Positions 14,305-26,301 of a DNA stretch of 64,000 bases are shown here, piece after piece. The translations under genes and the position numbers were made by a program. Positions within the stretch are counted from its first letter, which is position 1, and each line of letters begins with the position of its first letter. The stretch comes from Adineta vaga (Eukaryota > Animalia > Rotifera): positions 2,976,001 through 3,040,000 of the forward strand of contig CP075496.1 in assembly GCA_021613535.1 (NCBI GenBank), given 5' to 3'. Below the pieces are notes generated by a model, which saw only the letters and a program-made list of their open reading frames with translations, did no database searches and was not told the origin of the DNA.

Positions 14305-15719
14305 ATCTGAATGGATATGTATGTTTTTTCTTTCTCTCTCTATTTGTTCTTGTTCTTGTGATATCCTTATTTGTTTTCTTACAAATCATTCCAAATCTTG
14401 TTGTTCTTCTGTTTCTTTTTTATGATTTTTTTTCTACATATTCTCTATATTTTTTTTTCTTCGAAATTTATAGATAGTCATTAATTAATGAAAAGAAAAT
14501 ATTCTTATTCAAATATTACCGGTGAGCAAGAGAGAGAGAAAAACTAAAAACGCAGAATATTCGATGTGCTTTTTATATTCTTAATAAATATTTATTCCTT
14601 TCTCTGGAATAGGAAATATTTATTTGTTAAAAAAGAATAACAATAATGTCAATCAATGAAATGAAACAGAACATAACTTATCTTGAATACATAACTGATT
14701 TCCATTCTGAAAAGAAAAATAGTTCCAGATGTGAAGTTTTTCCATTCTATACTCACCAAATGACAGACAATGGATTATTCATCGACAGTTTACTTTAATA
14801 TTCTAATCAATGATGATATTTGTGAAGATCGAAAAGCCCAAGAGATGAAATGAAGATTCTCTAAGGAATATTTTCTTAAATCGAAGAATTTTGAATTGAT
14901 TATTATCAATAGAATAACATTTCCTTTGTGAATTAAGATATCATAAAAATAATTATCCAATATATATTATCTTTATGCATTTCAGCGGAAAAAAGCGGAC
15001 TCGTCAGTTTAGATACTAATCAATCAATGTACCTAGACAGATATACACTTGATTAAAAATGGTAATAATACATTTGATTAGTAACGGTCATGTTGATTTA
15101 CATTAAAATTGTTTCGTAATGAGAGATGAAACACATATGATTATTGTTTTATTTCAAATTTTACATGTTACTATAGTAATGGCATGAAATAAAGTTATCA
15201 CTTAATTATATATCTATGCGTGATGAAATTATATTCTTACATAGTTAAGTTATTATTAGTAGAGAATCAAAGTAACGAATGATAAGTCTCGTAACTAATT
15301 ACTGTTGAAAGATGAATAGATAAGTTGAACGATGTCAGATTTGATAATAACTATAAGAATATATTGCAGTCAAGCAGTTTCATTGTTTATCGATGAATTA
15401 GAATTAGTAGAGTTTGACATATCGATTGTTTTTACTCGGAAAAATTATAAATTGGTCTCAGAGAAAATAGTAATCTTCTCATCTAAATTTATAAATGAAT
15501 AATTTTCATCGAGTATTTGAACAAAACTGAATTGTTTAATTTTATTTGTGTTTTTTTTGTTAAATAAACGTTATTAATCGTTTATGAATATTTCTTTCTT
15601 TTTTCAAATTTCTTCTTTCATATTCGATCGAATCATATGAAATCATAACAACAATAATAATAAATGAAAACAAATTTGGAGGATATTGTTCTCGTTGATA
15701 CTGTTGTTGTTGGTGCTTT

Positions 15720-16448
15720 TTAACGATATCGTCGAAGACTGAGTTGTTGACGACGTTTCCAGCATGTTCGACGTGATCCACCGGTAGCAAGTGAATAACG
15801 ATGACCATGACCAAGTCCACGAGATTTTCTTCCAGCCGATGTTAAACCACGTAATTCACGATGTTTCTTATTTGATCTACAAATCCAGTTAATACGTGCA
15901 TCACGTCGAATACCTAAAATTTTGAAAAAGAATTTATATTTGATGTTCATTTGTTTCTTTCCTACCTTTATGACATGGATCAATAAGGATAACTTCATAG
16001 AATTTGAATGTCGCATCTTGAGCAATCCAGTAAGAATTAAGTACACGTAATGTTGGACAACGACGGCCAACACGTTCTTCAGCAACGGACTGTAATGAAC
16101 GTTGAAATTTCAATTGATTGATACCTTGATGTTTTGGTTTACCATAAACTTGACCTTTTGGTACTGGTTTCTTTCGTGAACCACGTCGGACACGTACACG
16201 ATAGATAACCTAGATTGAAAAAATCCATATGTATAATATCTTAAGTGAAAAGAAAGATTGTGTTTATTTACGTAGCCAGCTTTAGCTTTATAACCAACGC
16301 GTCGAGCCTTTTCTGGTCGTGTTGATTTTGGTGCACGATGAATAGCAGCTAATTGTCGATAATGCCATGTACGTATACGAAAAACAAAGCGCATGACATC
16401 ACTTTGTTTTTTTCTATAAAGTTCTTGAAGATATTTATATGCACCCAT
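15720..16448 (-). CDS. RPL15: 60S ribosomal protein L15 (eL15), 3 coding exons
   Basis: [21 protein letters not shown] start and [19 protein letters not shown]...LSLRRYR end are diagnostic. Confidence 0.98.
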
Positions 16449-16509
16449 TGTGGTAGTTTATCAATCTAGAAGAAATTAATAGAAGATAAATTTATGAAGA
16501 CAAAAATAT

Positions 16510-16830
16510 TCATTCATGAAGAAATTTGGCTAAAGTAAGCCATTGAACACTACGAGCTATACAATCATTTTTTGATGTTGAACAATCCAAATTAAAATAT
16601 GTTAGCTTATCGAATGAAGATACAATATCTGATGATTTTGTTAAAATACCAATATAATCATTAGGAATAGAAAGTTCTTCGCCATTTAATGGACGACCAC
16701 GAAATGATGCGTCTAATTTATTATTATTATTAATTTGAATTGAATCTGTAAAATGTCGTTTAATATCACTTGTAACCGTGGATGAAATATCAATCGAAAA
16801 GGGCATTGAATATACATTTGAAGACATCAT
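16510..16830 (-). CDS. RNASEH2C: Ribonuclease H2 subunit C, intronless
   Basis: ASFRGRPLNGEELSIPNDYIG, FDKLTYFNLD and QWLTLAKFLH match the RNase H2 subunit C signature. Confidence 0.85.
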   Translation of the reverse strand: MMSSNVYSMPFSIDISSTVTSDIKRHFTDSIQINNNNKLDASFRGRPLNGEELSIPNDYIGILTKSSDIVSSFDKLTYFNLDCSTSKNDCIARSVQWLTLAKFLHE

Positions 16831-16904
16831 GATAAAATATTGATTTTCTTTCTTTCGTCTTTTATCTACAATAGAAACAAAAACATTATTAATATTATTA
16901 TTAT

Positions 16905-17288
16905 CTAATCAGAAAATTGAGTTAATTTTTCAAGATATTCTACAAGAAGATTTTCATCACAATATTGTCGTAAAATGTTTGATGGTACAAATTCATAATC
17001 ATCACAGAGATCATATTCTATCAGATATAATAATTCATCAGTTGAATTTAAACGTTTCATTCCATGAATTTGTTTTAATTTATAACCACGTTCAATACCA
17101 TAAGTTATTGATTTTGGTTCAGTTAGAACAAGAATTGGTGCGCGATGTCTAATCGATGTTGAATTGAGACGAGTAGAAGACGATTTATTATTGCTATTGG
17201 TTGATTTGGAACGTTTTGGTGCAATTACAGATTCGATTTTAACATCATCATCCGAAAGAATGATAATATCTTCACACGATTCAGTCAT
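16905..17288 (-). CDS. HP1-like chromoshadow-domain-only protein
   Basis: C-terminal GIERGYKLKQIHGM...ELLYLIEYDLCDDYEFVPSNILRQYCDENLLVEYLEKL aligns by eye to the HP1 chromoshadow domain. First ATG at 17288 (track ORF begins at a TTG). N-terminal IIILSDDD is SIM-like. Confidence 0.7.
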   Translation of the reverse strand: MTESCEDIIILSDDDVKIESVIAPKRSKSTNSNNKSSSTRLNSTSIRHRAPILVLTEPKSITYGIERGYKLKQIHGMKRLNSTDELLYLIEYDLCDDYEFVPSNILRQYCDENLLVEYLEKLTQFSD

Positions 17289-17374
17289 TTCATTTGATTC
17301 GTTTTCTGTCTTCTTCTTGTGCCTTTCTTCTACTTGACAATATCGATACGCAAAGAAATAAACAATCGAGAACT

Positions 17375-17386
17375 TCAATGGACTAT
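17375..17386 (-). promoter_or_regulatory. Shared 12-mer ATAGTCCATTGA (minus strand) upstream of the RPL15-containing cluster
   Basis: Identical 12-mer at 54806-54817 upstream of RPS3 in the same orientation. Confidence 0.35.
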
Positions 17387-18465
17387 TTCCATAAATTAAC
17401 AGTTAGAATTATTTTGAAAATGAATTTTAGAATGAAAAGAAAAGAACTTCATTCTATATCCTAAATAAAATTCATTATTAAAAATCTTGTTTTATTATTA
17501 CTGTTCAAAATAGAATTTTATTTTACATTCAGAAAACAAAATCATGCGTTCGAAAGAGGACGCTAGTATCTGAATGACACTAAACGAGTAATTAAAAAAC
17601 CTTTGCAAAACATGATTTTCTACATAACAATTCATAGATTTACTTTGTCTAATAGGAAAACAAATTGTTTGAATATTTCTTTTTAACTATTCATATGTGC
17701 GATTTTTTCCGAGACATTTTTTATCTGATGCTAATATTTTTCACGAGCCTTATTGTCATATTTCCAGTACCTGCCATACACATTTCCGTTCTCTAATTCT
17801 CTATGGATTGGTATATTGAATTTGTCGCGGAGATCATATAGTTACGAGAAAAAAACAGAAACATAAGGCAAAGAAGAAGAAAAAAGTAAGTCTCATTATA
17901 CGCTCGCTCCTCTAATAAGGCAAACAAATGTCTAACTCAATGTTATTTTTCCAAAACTACAATCAGGCAATCTATTGAAAACCGGTAGTTGTATTCAATT
18001 TATTATTTACTCATACGGTCGTTTTCTTTCTTTCTCCCTTTTTATTCCATGTATCAATGTAATGATTATATTTTCAAAAAGCTTTTTATTTATTGATAAT
18101 GCATGTTATTCACAAGGTAGACAAAAGAGTGATGTGTTCCCATTATTGTATTCTTTCAATGAGCATGTCGTTCAAACATGTAAGATCTTCACGATAGGAG
18201 TAAAAGGGAGAAGAAAAAAAATTTTTCTAGAAAAATTAAATTATCTTCACTATTTTTATTTATTTCCTTTCTGCTTTTTTTCCTTCTCTTTTCTCTTCAC
18301 ATCTTAATTCTTTTAGAATAAATGAATATATATATCTTGAAGACACGAGTCAAGCAATTTTAAAAATAAATATCCAACGTTCTTCTTCCGAGTATTTTTC
18401 CACTTGATTACAAAATTATTTATCTAAACAATATAGCAAAACAAATGGTCGATAGTTAAGATACA

Positions 18466-18819
18466 ATGCTAATAAATATGCGCAATGACAGCTATCATCG
18501 TCTTCAAAACGAGTCGACATTAACAATCTTATGTGCAAATATGTCTAATAATAGTACATATGAAAACTGTACCAATATTATTGCATCTCCAACTTCAACG
18601 AACAATTTACCATTGAATTCAATTGTTATTATACTTGTTTTATCGATTTTATCTTTATGTGGTGTTTGTTTTATGATTTTCGGACCATTACAAAGATCTG
18701 AAGCTTATAAACGTGTAGAAAACTTTACATTTGGTCGTCATCCAATCTTTAATGTTGATCATCGTGAAGCATCCACTCCCACACGTTTCGATGAAACAAT
18801 GGATTTTGCAGATGAATAA
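18466..18819 (+). CDS. Small single-pass membrane protein (N-glycosylation sequons, TM helix, short cytoplasmic tail)
   Basis: NNST/NCT sequons then hydrophobic IVIILVLSILSLCGVCFMIF; true start may be ATG 18541. Confidence 0.6.
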   Translation: MLINMRNDSYHRLQNESTLTILCANMSNNSTYENCTNIIASPTSTNNLPLNSIVIILVLSILSLCGVCFMIFGPLQRSEAYKRVENFTFGRHPIFNVDHREASTPTRFDETMDFADE

Positions 18820-18897
18820 AGATATTTTTCTCGTTAAAATATTCTTTACATCGTTTTAGTTATTTTGTTATGAAATAAAGAAAACAAACAAACGAAT

Positions 18898-19635
18898 TTA
18901 TTTTTGAAAAAATCGATCAGTTAAATATTGACGACAATAATCTGATTCCAATTCACACTTAGCCACAGAAATATCTTTTTGTATTGCCATAGTCAAATCA
19001 TCTAAACAAATATATGAGGAGTACGTTTATATCAAAAGAACTTAGTATCAAATAAATTCTTATTTATTCATCTCTACTTCTTTCATCAACATATTTCAAT
19101 TAACAGAATATCAACTCGGCTATGAAAATATAATCGAATCATTCTAAATGAATAAGTCATCGAAAATAATCTTACTTATATTTTGGAATGTTTTCATTGG
19201 ACGTATTTTTCCCAGAAGAATAATTTTCATTTTTTCACCATAAAAATCATTTGAAAATTGATGCATTATATGTGTTTCCTAAGATCATAGTCAAATATAA
19301 AAAAAATTCATTTATTTTTTAATTCTTTACTATAGTTTTCTTTTCATTATTATAGAATGGATTCGTTCCAATACTTGTAACCATTTTATAAATTTCATGA
19401 TCTGTTTTAGTTAACAATTGTGCCCATCCATAATAAACACCTTCATCAATTGATGACGGTAATTTGTTTACAGTTGCTTCATCTAAATTAGCTGAAAAGA
19501 ATCAAATATAATTCTTTCTTTAACTCGTTCACTTGCCTCTATTTCAATACCTGTTGGACAGCCAAGTTCTTTACTTCCACGTCCAAAACCACGTACAATT
19601 GTTCCAAGAGTACAATAGGGTAAAGAAGATTTCAT
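18898..19635 (-). CDS. RFK: Riboflavin kinase, 4 exons (absent from ORF track)
   Basis: Spliced translation MKSSLPYCTLGTIVRGFGRGSKELGCPTANL...GVYYGWA...MVTSIGTNPFYNN..ETHIMHQF..DFYGE...LGKIRP...AIQKDI. Confidence 0.92.
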
Positions 19636-19749
19636 TTTTATCTAAAATTAGCTTCATATAGATGAGAAATCAAAGAGAATTATACAAATAAACAATCAAA
19701 AAACAGACAAATATGACACAAAATATACGATACAACAAAGATGTTAAAG

Positions 19750-21027
19750 TTAATGACTTTGTAAAGCATCTTCTCGTGCTAAGATTTGATGTACACCTGG
19801 TTTCATCCATGACAAACCACGAATATGATCAAATGCTTCCTGAAAATATACAAATTTCAAATAAATAGATCTTCTTCAATAGAAAGAATAAGAAATCCAA
19901 TCATTCTATGGTTAACTAATCATTGTCAAAAACAAACAAGCGTTATTTGATTGAAAGAAAATTAAGGATCTTTTTGTCATTTTCGTAAACATGCACATGC
20001 AGCATGGACACTTACATGAAGTACTATTCTCTTTTTGATTTGTATCAATGGGAGAAAATGTTTTCTGATCAAAAGGAAGATTTTATTTATTAAATTGAAC
20101 CGAATATGTTTTCTTTTTATATCTTAATTACCTTTTTTCCACTTAAGAGAAGTTGACGAACTGTTTGTAGTTTATCGCTCCATGGAGAAAATCTAAACGA
20201 AATATTCCGACTAATGCAAAGCGTAAGGAAATAAAATTTACAATATTGCATGTGGATCATCACTAATTGATGGATCGGAATTATAAAGTTTGTCTTTTGA
20301 TTCATTAACACATTCAGATACTTTTGATAGAAATGTTTCGGGATCTTGTTCATATCTAAAAAGAATCTGTATATTCATTTGTTTAGTCGGAATCAATCTT
20401 ACAGATGAGCAGCATTGAGATTAATTGCATTTGTTGCTTCAATTTTTTGAAAAATACGTCGAATATAACGTAAAACTTGCCACAGATGATGTCCATTACG
20501 TCTAAGAGAAGAATGTATGATATGAGATAGTTTTTCTATAAAGAAAACTTACTTCCAAACGGGAAAATATCGTTTGATATCTAATTCACCTGTATGTTCA
20601 TCGATTTGAGGATGATATATTGATGAGAGAAAAAGAACTTTCTATATAACAAAAACGATCATTCTATTGTAACATAGTGAAGTAGAAAAAACAATACTAA
20701 CCGGACAATCACTATCAGGGAATGTGTTTGGTATAACAATTGAGAATCGAAAAACACCACCTTCATAAGGACCTTGAGAAACAAAATGAACACCATTCCA
20801 TACTAGAAAATCATTGATAAAGTTCATTATTGAACATTTTTGGGAAGAATAATTTACTTAGATTAGATTTTCCAGATGGAATAACAATAATTCCAGGTAT
20901 AAATTGTTTTCGCAAAAGATTACTAAAACAAAACAATTCAGTTGATGATTAGAAAGAACTGTATTTAGCTTTACTATTCTGCTTGAAGAACATAATCAAG
21001 TGCATATTCATTTTTTTCCATTGTCAT
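19750..21027 (-). CDS. AKTIP: AKT-interacting protein / Fused toes (catalytically inactive UBC-fold), multi-exon
   Basis: YVLQAEY..IPGIIVIPS..WNGVHFVSQGPYEGGVFRFSIVIPNTFPDSDCP..YHPQID..DDPHAI..FSPW..GLSWMKPG. Confidence 0.88.
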
Positions 21028-21130
21028 TGCTAGAAAAGTTTAATTAGTGCCATTCTAACAATATTCGCATAAGTTCTCATTAAAATTGAAATCGATCTAA
21101 GCGAATAGAGCAATTATAGTTCGATTCTAA

Positions 21131-21131
<1 letters not shown>

Positions 21132-21163
<32 letters not shown>
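21132..21163. repeat. Compound (TG)n(AG)n microsatellite
   Basis: tgtgtg...gtgagagagagaga seen directly. Confidence 0.9.
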
Positions 21164-21164
<1 letters not shown>

Positions 21165-21362
21165 ATAAATAAATATAATTTATCTTATTTATCATCACTT
21201 TCATTGGTAATTTATATTCATAAGTTATATATGACATTTACGATAGAGGTCATTATTAGTCGGTTTAACCTTTTCTATGACGATTATAATCGAATAAATT
21301 GTTTCTTTGTAAACTCTAATAGATCATTGGATTTATTTTGGTGGATAAAAAAATGATTCTAT

Positions 21363-22010
21363 TTAATATTTTATTGATTGATGATAAGATGAAGAAAAAA
21401 AAATTCTACTATACATAAGAAAAAAAATCATACAAAGTATCATAACAAATGAACCGACAGAAAGTATGGCAATTAAAATTTTATGTTGTGTTTTATCTGC
21501 TTCAGTTAAATTTGTTAGATAAAGATTATTTTGAACTGTATTTCCACTTAAACCGACAAGAGCAATCATAAACAAGAATGCTAATGTCACAGTAATTAAT
21601 GCAAATGTTGATGCCATACGTTTATTTCGGAGAAATACTAGAAGAATAACCAAAGAAAGATTCAATTTTGAAATTATATTTTATTTACCAATTGCTAGAA
21701 TGAAAATTGATGCAAAAAACGAAACAGATCCACTCCAAATACCAGCTCCAACTTTTCCTGTTCCTAAGCCAAATTTAGTTGTATCATTTTGTTTATTTCC
21801 TTCAATAGCTAAATTCGCGATATCCAGGCTAATGAGCGCTGCACTACAAATTAGCATTGTAATCGATAATAAGATTGTTCGTACACGTGGCCATGCATTG
21901 TACCAATGAATATCTATTGGACTCGGTGGATAAGATACCGTTGCATAAGTAGGAACACCATAGGGCGATGTATTATAGATATAAGGACCTGGTCGTTGAT
22001 GTCCATACAT
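21363..22010 (-). CDS. Four-TM MS4A/CD20-like membrane protein, 2 exons
   Basis: Pro/Tyr-rich N-terminus, VGAGIWSG motif in TM2, four hydrophobic segments across ORFs 21681..22010 and 21363..21665 joined by a short intron. Confidence 0.7.
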
Positions 22011-22620
22011 AGTTTGAATAGAATCAAATTCAATTGCTTGAAATATCGATTGTCACTATTCCATTTACAGAATCAATACCAAATGACAAGCAATTGCTAC
22101 TACTACAGTTACTACTATTAGAGCAAATATTTAACATAGACAATCAATTGAAAGTAAATAAGATCACTATCATGTCTAATAGTATGTCATAGTTTTGAAA
22201 ATTAATACAAGATATCGATCAAATTATAATTGAAAATGATCTTGTTTAAAAATGATTTATGAAAAGATTTGATAGAACTTTACTTATGTGAACAATTTAG
22301 TGAATTCTGAAAGAGATAGATATATTCTTTTTTGTTTTATCCTAATATTTGTTTTAACGAATGTTGCAATGTCTATTGATATATACATGTATCTGTTCTT
22401 TTTATGTATAGTAGTTTCATTCATGATCAATACATCTTATCAATAATCCAAATTTAAAGATTCTACTTGAAAGTAACCATCTGTTTCAAGAATAAATCGA
22501 ACGAAAAAAAATAGAGAGAATTATAATCTGACAAATTTGTTTATATTTTATTTTTATGTTTCTTATGTTTTACTATTGAAAAATATGCTTATTGACAGAT
22601 GTAAACGGAAAAGAAAAGTT

Positions 22621-23963
22621 CTATAAATGATGCATACTAGTTGATAAATTTCGAACATAATAAGGTCTTGGTGTTAATGTTGGTGTATGTTGTTGTTTTT
22701 GTAGCTGATCTGCATTAGTAGTTAATAATTCTTGTTGTTTAATAATACATCGACATGTACAATCTTTTTCTGGACAATATCGATGTTTCGATTCGGATGA
22801 CGAAAACCATTCATGCATATGAATTAAATGACCACCATGTGCACATATAGCACATAGAAAATGTTGACCAAGTACAGGTTGTAAACAAATTGAACAAATA
22901 ATACTTGTCGTTATTTGATTGATTAATGTTGGTGATTGACAATTATGATCAATTCGTTGTAAGATTTGTGTACGTTTATAGAAATGTTTCCAACGATGTA
23001 ATAGACTTGCATATGAATACAAAATCGAATCATAGTAATGTTCATTTCGATTCGTTTTTTTCATAAATGATGTTTGTAATACAGTTAAAAGAAACATACT
23101 AGCTGATTGTATATCACCATGAGTGCATGAATGTAATATAAGATGTTTGATTAAACCTTGTGCAATTGGTGTTTGAAACCAAGAATGATCATCTGATAAT
23201 GTTGATTGTAAAGATAATAAACCAGCAAGTATACGCCAACAATGAGAAAGTTCATATTTAGCCATTCTTTTAGTTAATTTTTGATTCATTTCACACATAT
23301 CAATAAGATTGATTAAATCTAGTTTATAATCATCAGCTAATTTTTTGCTAATAGGTAATAGAATAGATACATCATAGATTGCTACAGTAGAATTTGTTTG
23401 TGATAAATGTTGATTGAAAGAACGACGTAAAGATGTTGAAACACGTGGATGATCATTGACAAGACTTGAACACAACGATGATCGAACAGGAGCTGAAAAC
23501 ATTGATGTTCGTTGACTTGTTGAAACATGTTGTTGAATTTGTACCGTATTGGTTAATGTTGTTGTGGCTGCTGCTGCTGCTACTGATGATCGATAACTTT
23601 ACATGAATGAAAATAAAATTAGCGAAAGAACGAATGTAAAGATCATCTTACCTTGCAGATTGATCATCTGTACCAGAATTTCCTCGACTTTTTGTTACTG
23701 TTAAACTAATTGATCGTATGTGAAATGGTGACGGTCGTGTAAATAATCCATCATTTAAAGTATTTAGAATCGGTGGTGCTGATGTTGGTATTTGTTGAGA
23801 ATGATTTAATGTTCGTCCAAAACATACTAAATGTGTTCCACCTGAAAATCGAGCACCACATGTACGTGGATTTGAACGTATAGATGAAACACTATATATT
23901 TGATTATCATTCGTACGTATTGGTGATGATGATAGGATATCATATATTCGTTGAGCATTTTTA

Positions 23964-24000
<37 letters not shown>

Positions 24001-26178
24001 GAGTGAGATTATTTAGAGAATCTTGATCTAAATGATCATTTAATTGTTCACATTGATTTTTTTTCGTTTTTTTTCTTAATAGATTTGAAGTATGTTTTTC
24101 TTGTTTATTAATGGAAGAAAATAGATGTTGTAATTTTAATGAACATGTATGTAAACATAATTGTCCATAATAAAAACATTGACATGATGTTTCATCTAAA
24201 AGTGTTTGAATACGAGTTTGAAAACTTTTCCATCGTTCATCATTATGAATAACCGATGAAGATTTAAAACGTACAAATAATTGTGATATCACAGGATAAT
24301 GACGTGAAAGAAATAAATAGATATGAAATGATCCGAAATTATTAAATGGATAAATACAACGAAGTATACAAATTCGATGTTCTTCATTTTTTAATTCAAC
24401 GATTATATATGGACCATAAATATCTTGTAATGTATTAAATTCATTTAAAATCGATACTTCTTTATTTAAATAATCAGAACTAAAAGAAAATAATCAAATA
24501 GAATATATAGTAGATATATGAATAGATTCTTACTTGATTGATAGATCATTTTCATCACCAGTTTCTGATGATTCATCTCCGTTCATATATGAAGATGATA
24601 TTTCCGAACAGTTTATTTCATCTTGATCAAATTCACATGAATCAGTAATTTCATCTTCAATTGAATCCATTATTATTTTTGTTGAATTATTTCGATGATA
24701 TTGTTGACGTAAGGAATGTTTTGATGTTGGTGTTATTGTTGAATCGGAAAGTTTTTTTTTATTAGTTCGTGTATAACTTTGCCAGGTTTGTCGAAAAGTT
24801 GAATCCATATCAATTAAACGTAATTGATCATCTCGACACCAAGTTAGTATGGGAAAATGATTTGTTAGATCATCATTTGAACGAGATGAAAATGATAAAT
24901 TAAATAAATCGAAAAATTTTGAATGTGTTACTAAACGAAAATCATTTATATTGGATGGACATGTTGTTGATATCTGATCGGTTAATGGTCTTATATAATG
25001 ATCTTCATCCCACAACCAACTTGTCAAACCATACGTTTCAGAGATCGAATCTTTTGATGAACATATAAATAAATTATCATATGTTGTTGTTTGAATCTAA
25101 AGTATTTCATGATTAAAACCAGAATATTTTCTTTGTAGGAAAATATTACTTTGTTTAATGTAAATGGTAATTGTTCATTGGGTATTGATTCCGCTAATAA
25201 TTGTCCATTTGTTGAAAATATTCTTAACGAATTATCTGTAGAAAGTGTTACTATTGAATGATTTTGTCTTGTCCAATCCATACTAATAATACGTTGAGAA
25301 TGTTCAAATGAACTTAAATATGTATCTGTTCGACGCATGTCATAAATTCGTACACAACGATCACATTGAATAGCTAACTGATTTGAACTTGTTGAGTTAC
25401 TTGGTGACCATTGTATCTGACGAATACTAAATGGTGTTGTTAATGCTGATTTGAAATTTGCTGGTGCTTTCCAAGAACAATGTCGAATATCCCATATTTG
25501 TACTTGACCATCTAAGGCACCTGTTAAGAAACAGTGAGGATCATTTGGCCAATATGATATAGTTGAAATTGGACGCTAAACGAGACAAAAAAAAACAAAC
25601 AAAATAACCATCCGTTGAGATTTGTTATTATGTTCTGTCGAATGTAGGATAGAACAGGAAAGATATAGCTTATTCTCTTGTAGCGTTGGTGGTGTAACGG
25701 TTAGCATGGTTGCCTTCCAAGCAGCCGACCCGGGTTCGACTCCCGGCCAACGCACTTTATATTTTTTTTTGTCTACCTGATGCTGAGTATCCACAATTGA
25801 ATTTGTTTCTTCTATACGTCCATGATCAACATCATAGAAACGAACAAGACGATCGATTGCTAATGCATATTGTCGTGAATTTTGAGGATTCCATCGAACA
25901 ATTGGTCGATAAACATTATGATAGTCAAATAATGGTACCAATGTTATTTCTGATGAACATGGTATTGGAATGGAATTTTCATCTGTTATTGCATTCTCAA
26001 TCGATGTAAGCGATAATTCAAAATTAATAAATTGAAGTTCATGATTACCAACAAATAGAAGATAATCTTCAGTATCATTTAATTCAATTGTATGACATTC
26101 AGAAATTGGAAGAGAATCACCGAAATCGAATGTAAATGAAAGATTTGATGAAAGACCAGTATTGCGTTCGTATAACAT
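22621..26178 (-). CDS. WDR59: GATOR2 subunit WDR59 (Sea3), multi-exon
   Basis: N-terminal WD40 repeats (GALDGQVQIWDIR, VRIYDMRR), PRTCGARFSGGTHLVCFG motif, C-terminal CSICLQPV..CAICAHGGHLIHMHEWF..CP..CTCRC zinc finger. Confidence 0.88.
25683..25754 (+). tRNA. tRNA-Gly(TCC)
   Basis: GCGTTGG/CCAACGC acceptor stem, anticodon arm GTTGC-CT-TCC-AA-GCAGC, GGTTCGACTCC T-loop, T-run terminator at ~25762-25770. Confidence 0.97.
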
Positions 26179-26301
26179 TATCTGTAAACAGGATATTTTA
26201 TTTGAAAAACAAAACCAAAAACAAAACACAAATATCGAAGTAATGAATCGTTTAGATATTTTGATTTTTATTGAAAAGAATATAAAAGCTTTTGTTATTT
26301 T

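Noticed and set aside
23965-24000. (ATT)n repeat
   Set aside because: Encodes a poly-Asn tract in WDR59; ordinary coding microsatellite.
25710-26009. ORF overlapping the tRNA, and the VRWPGVEPGSAAWKATMLTVTPPT segment in ORF 25576..26229
   Set aside because: Translations of tRNA and intron sequence, not real coding.
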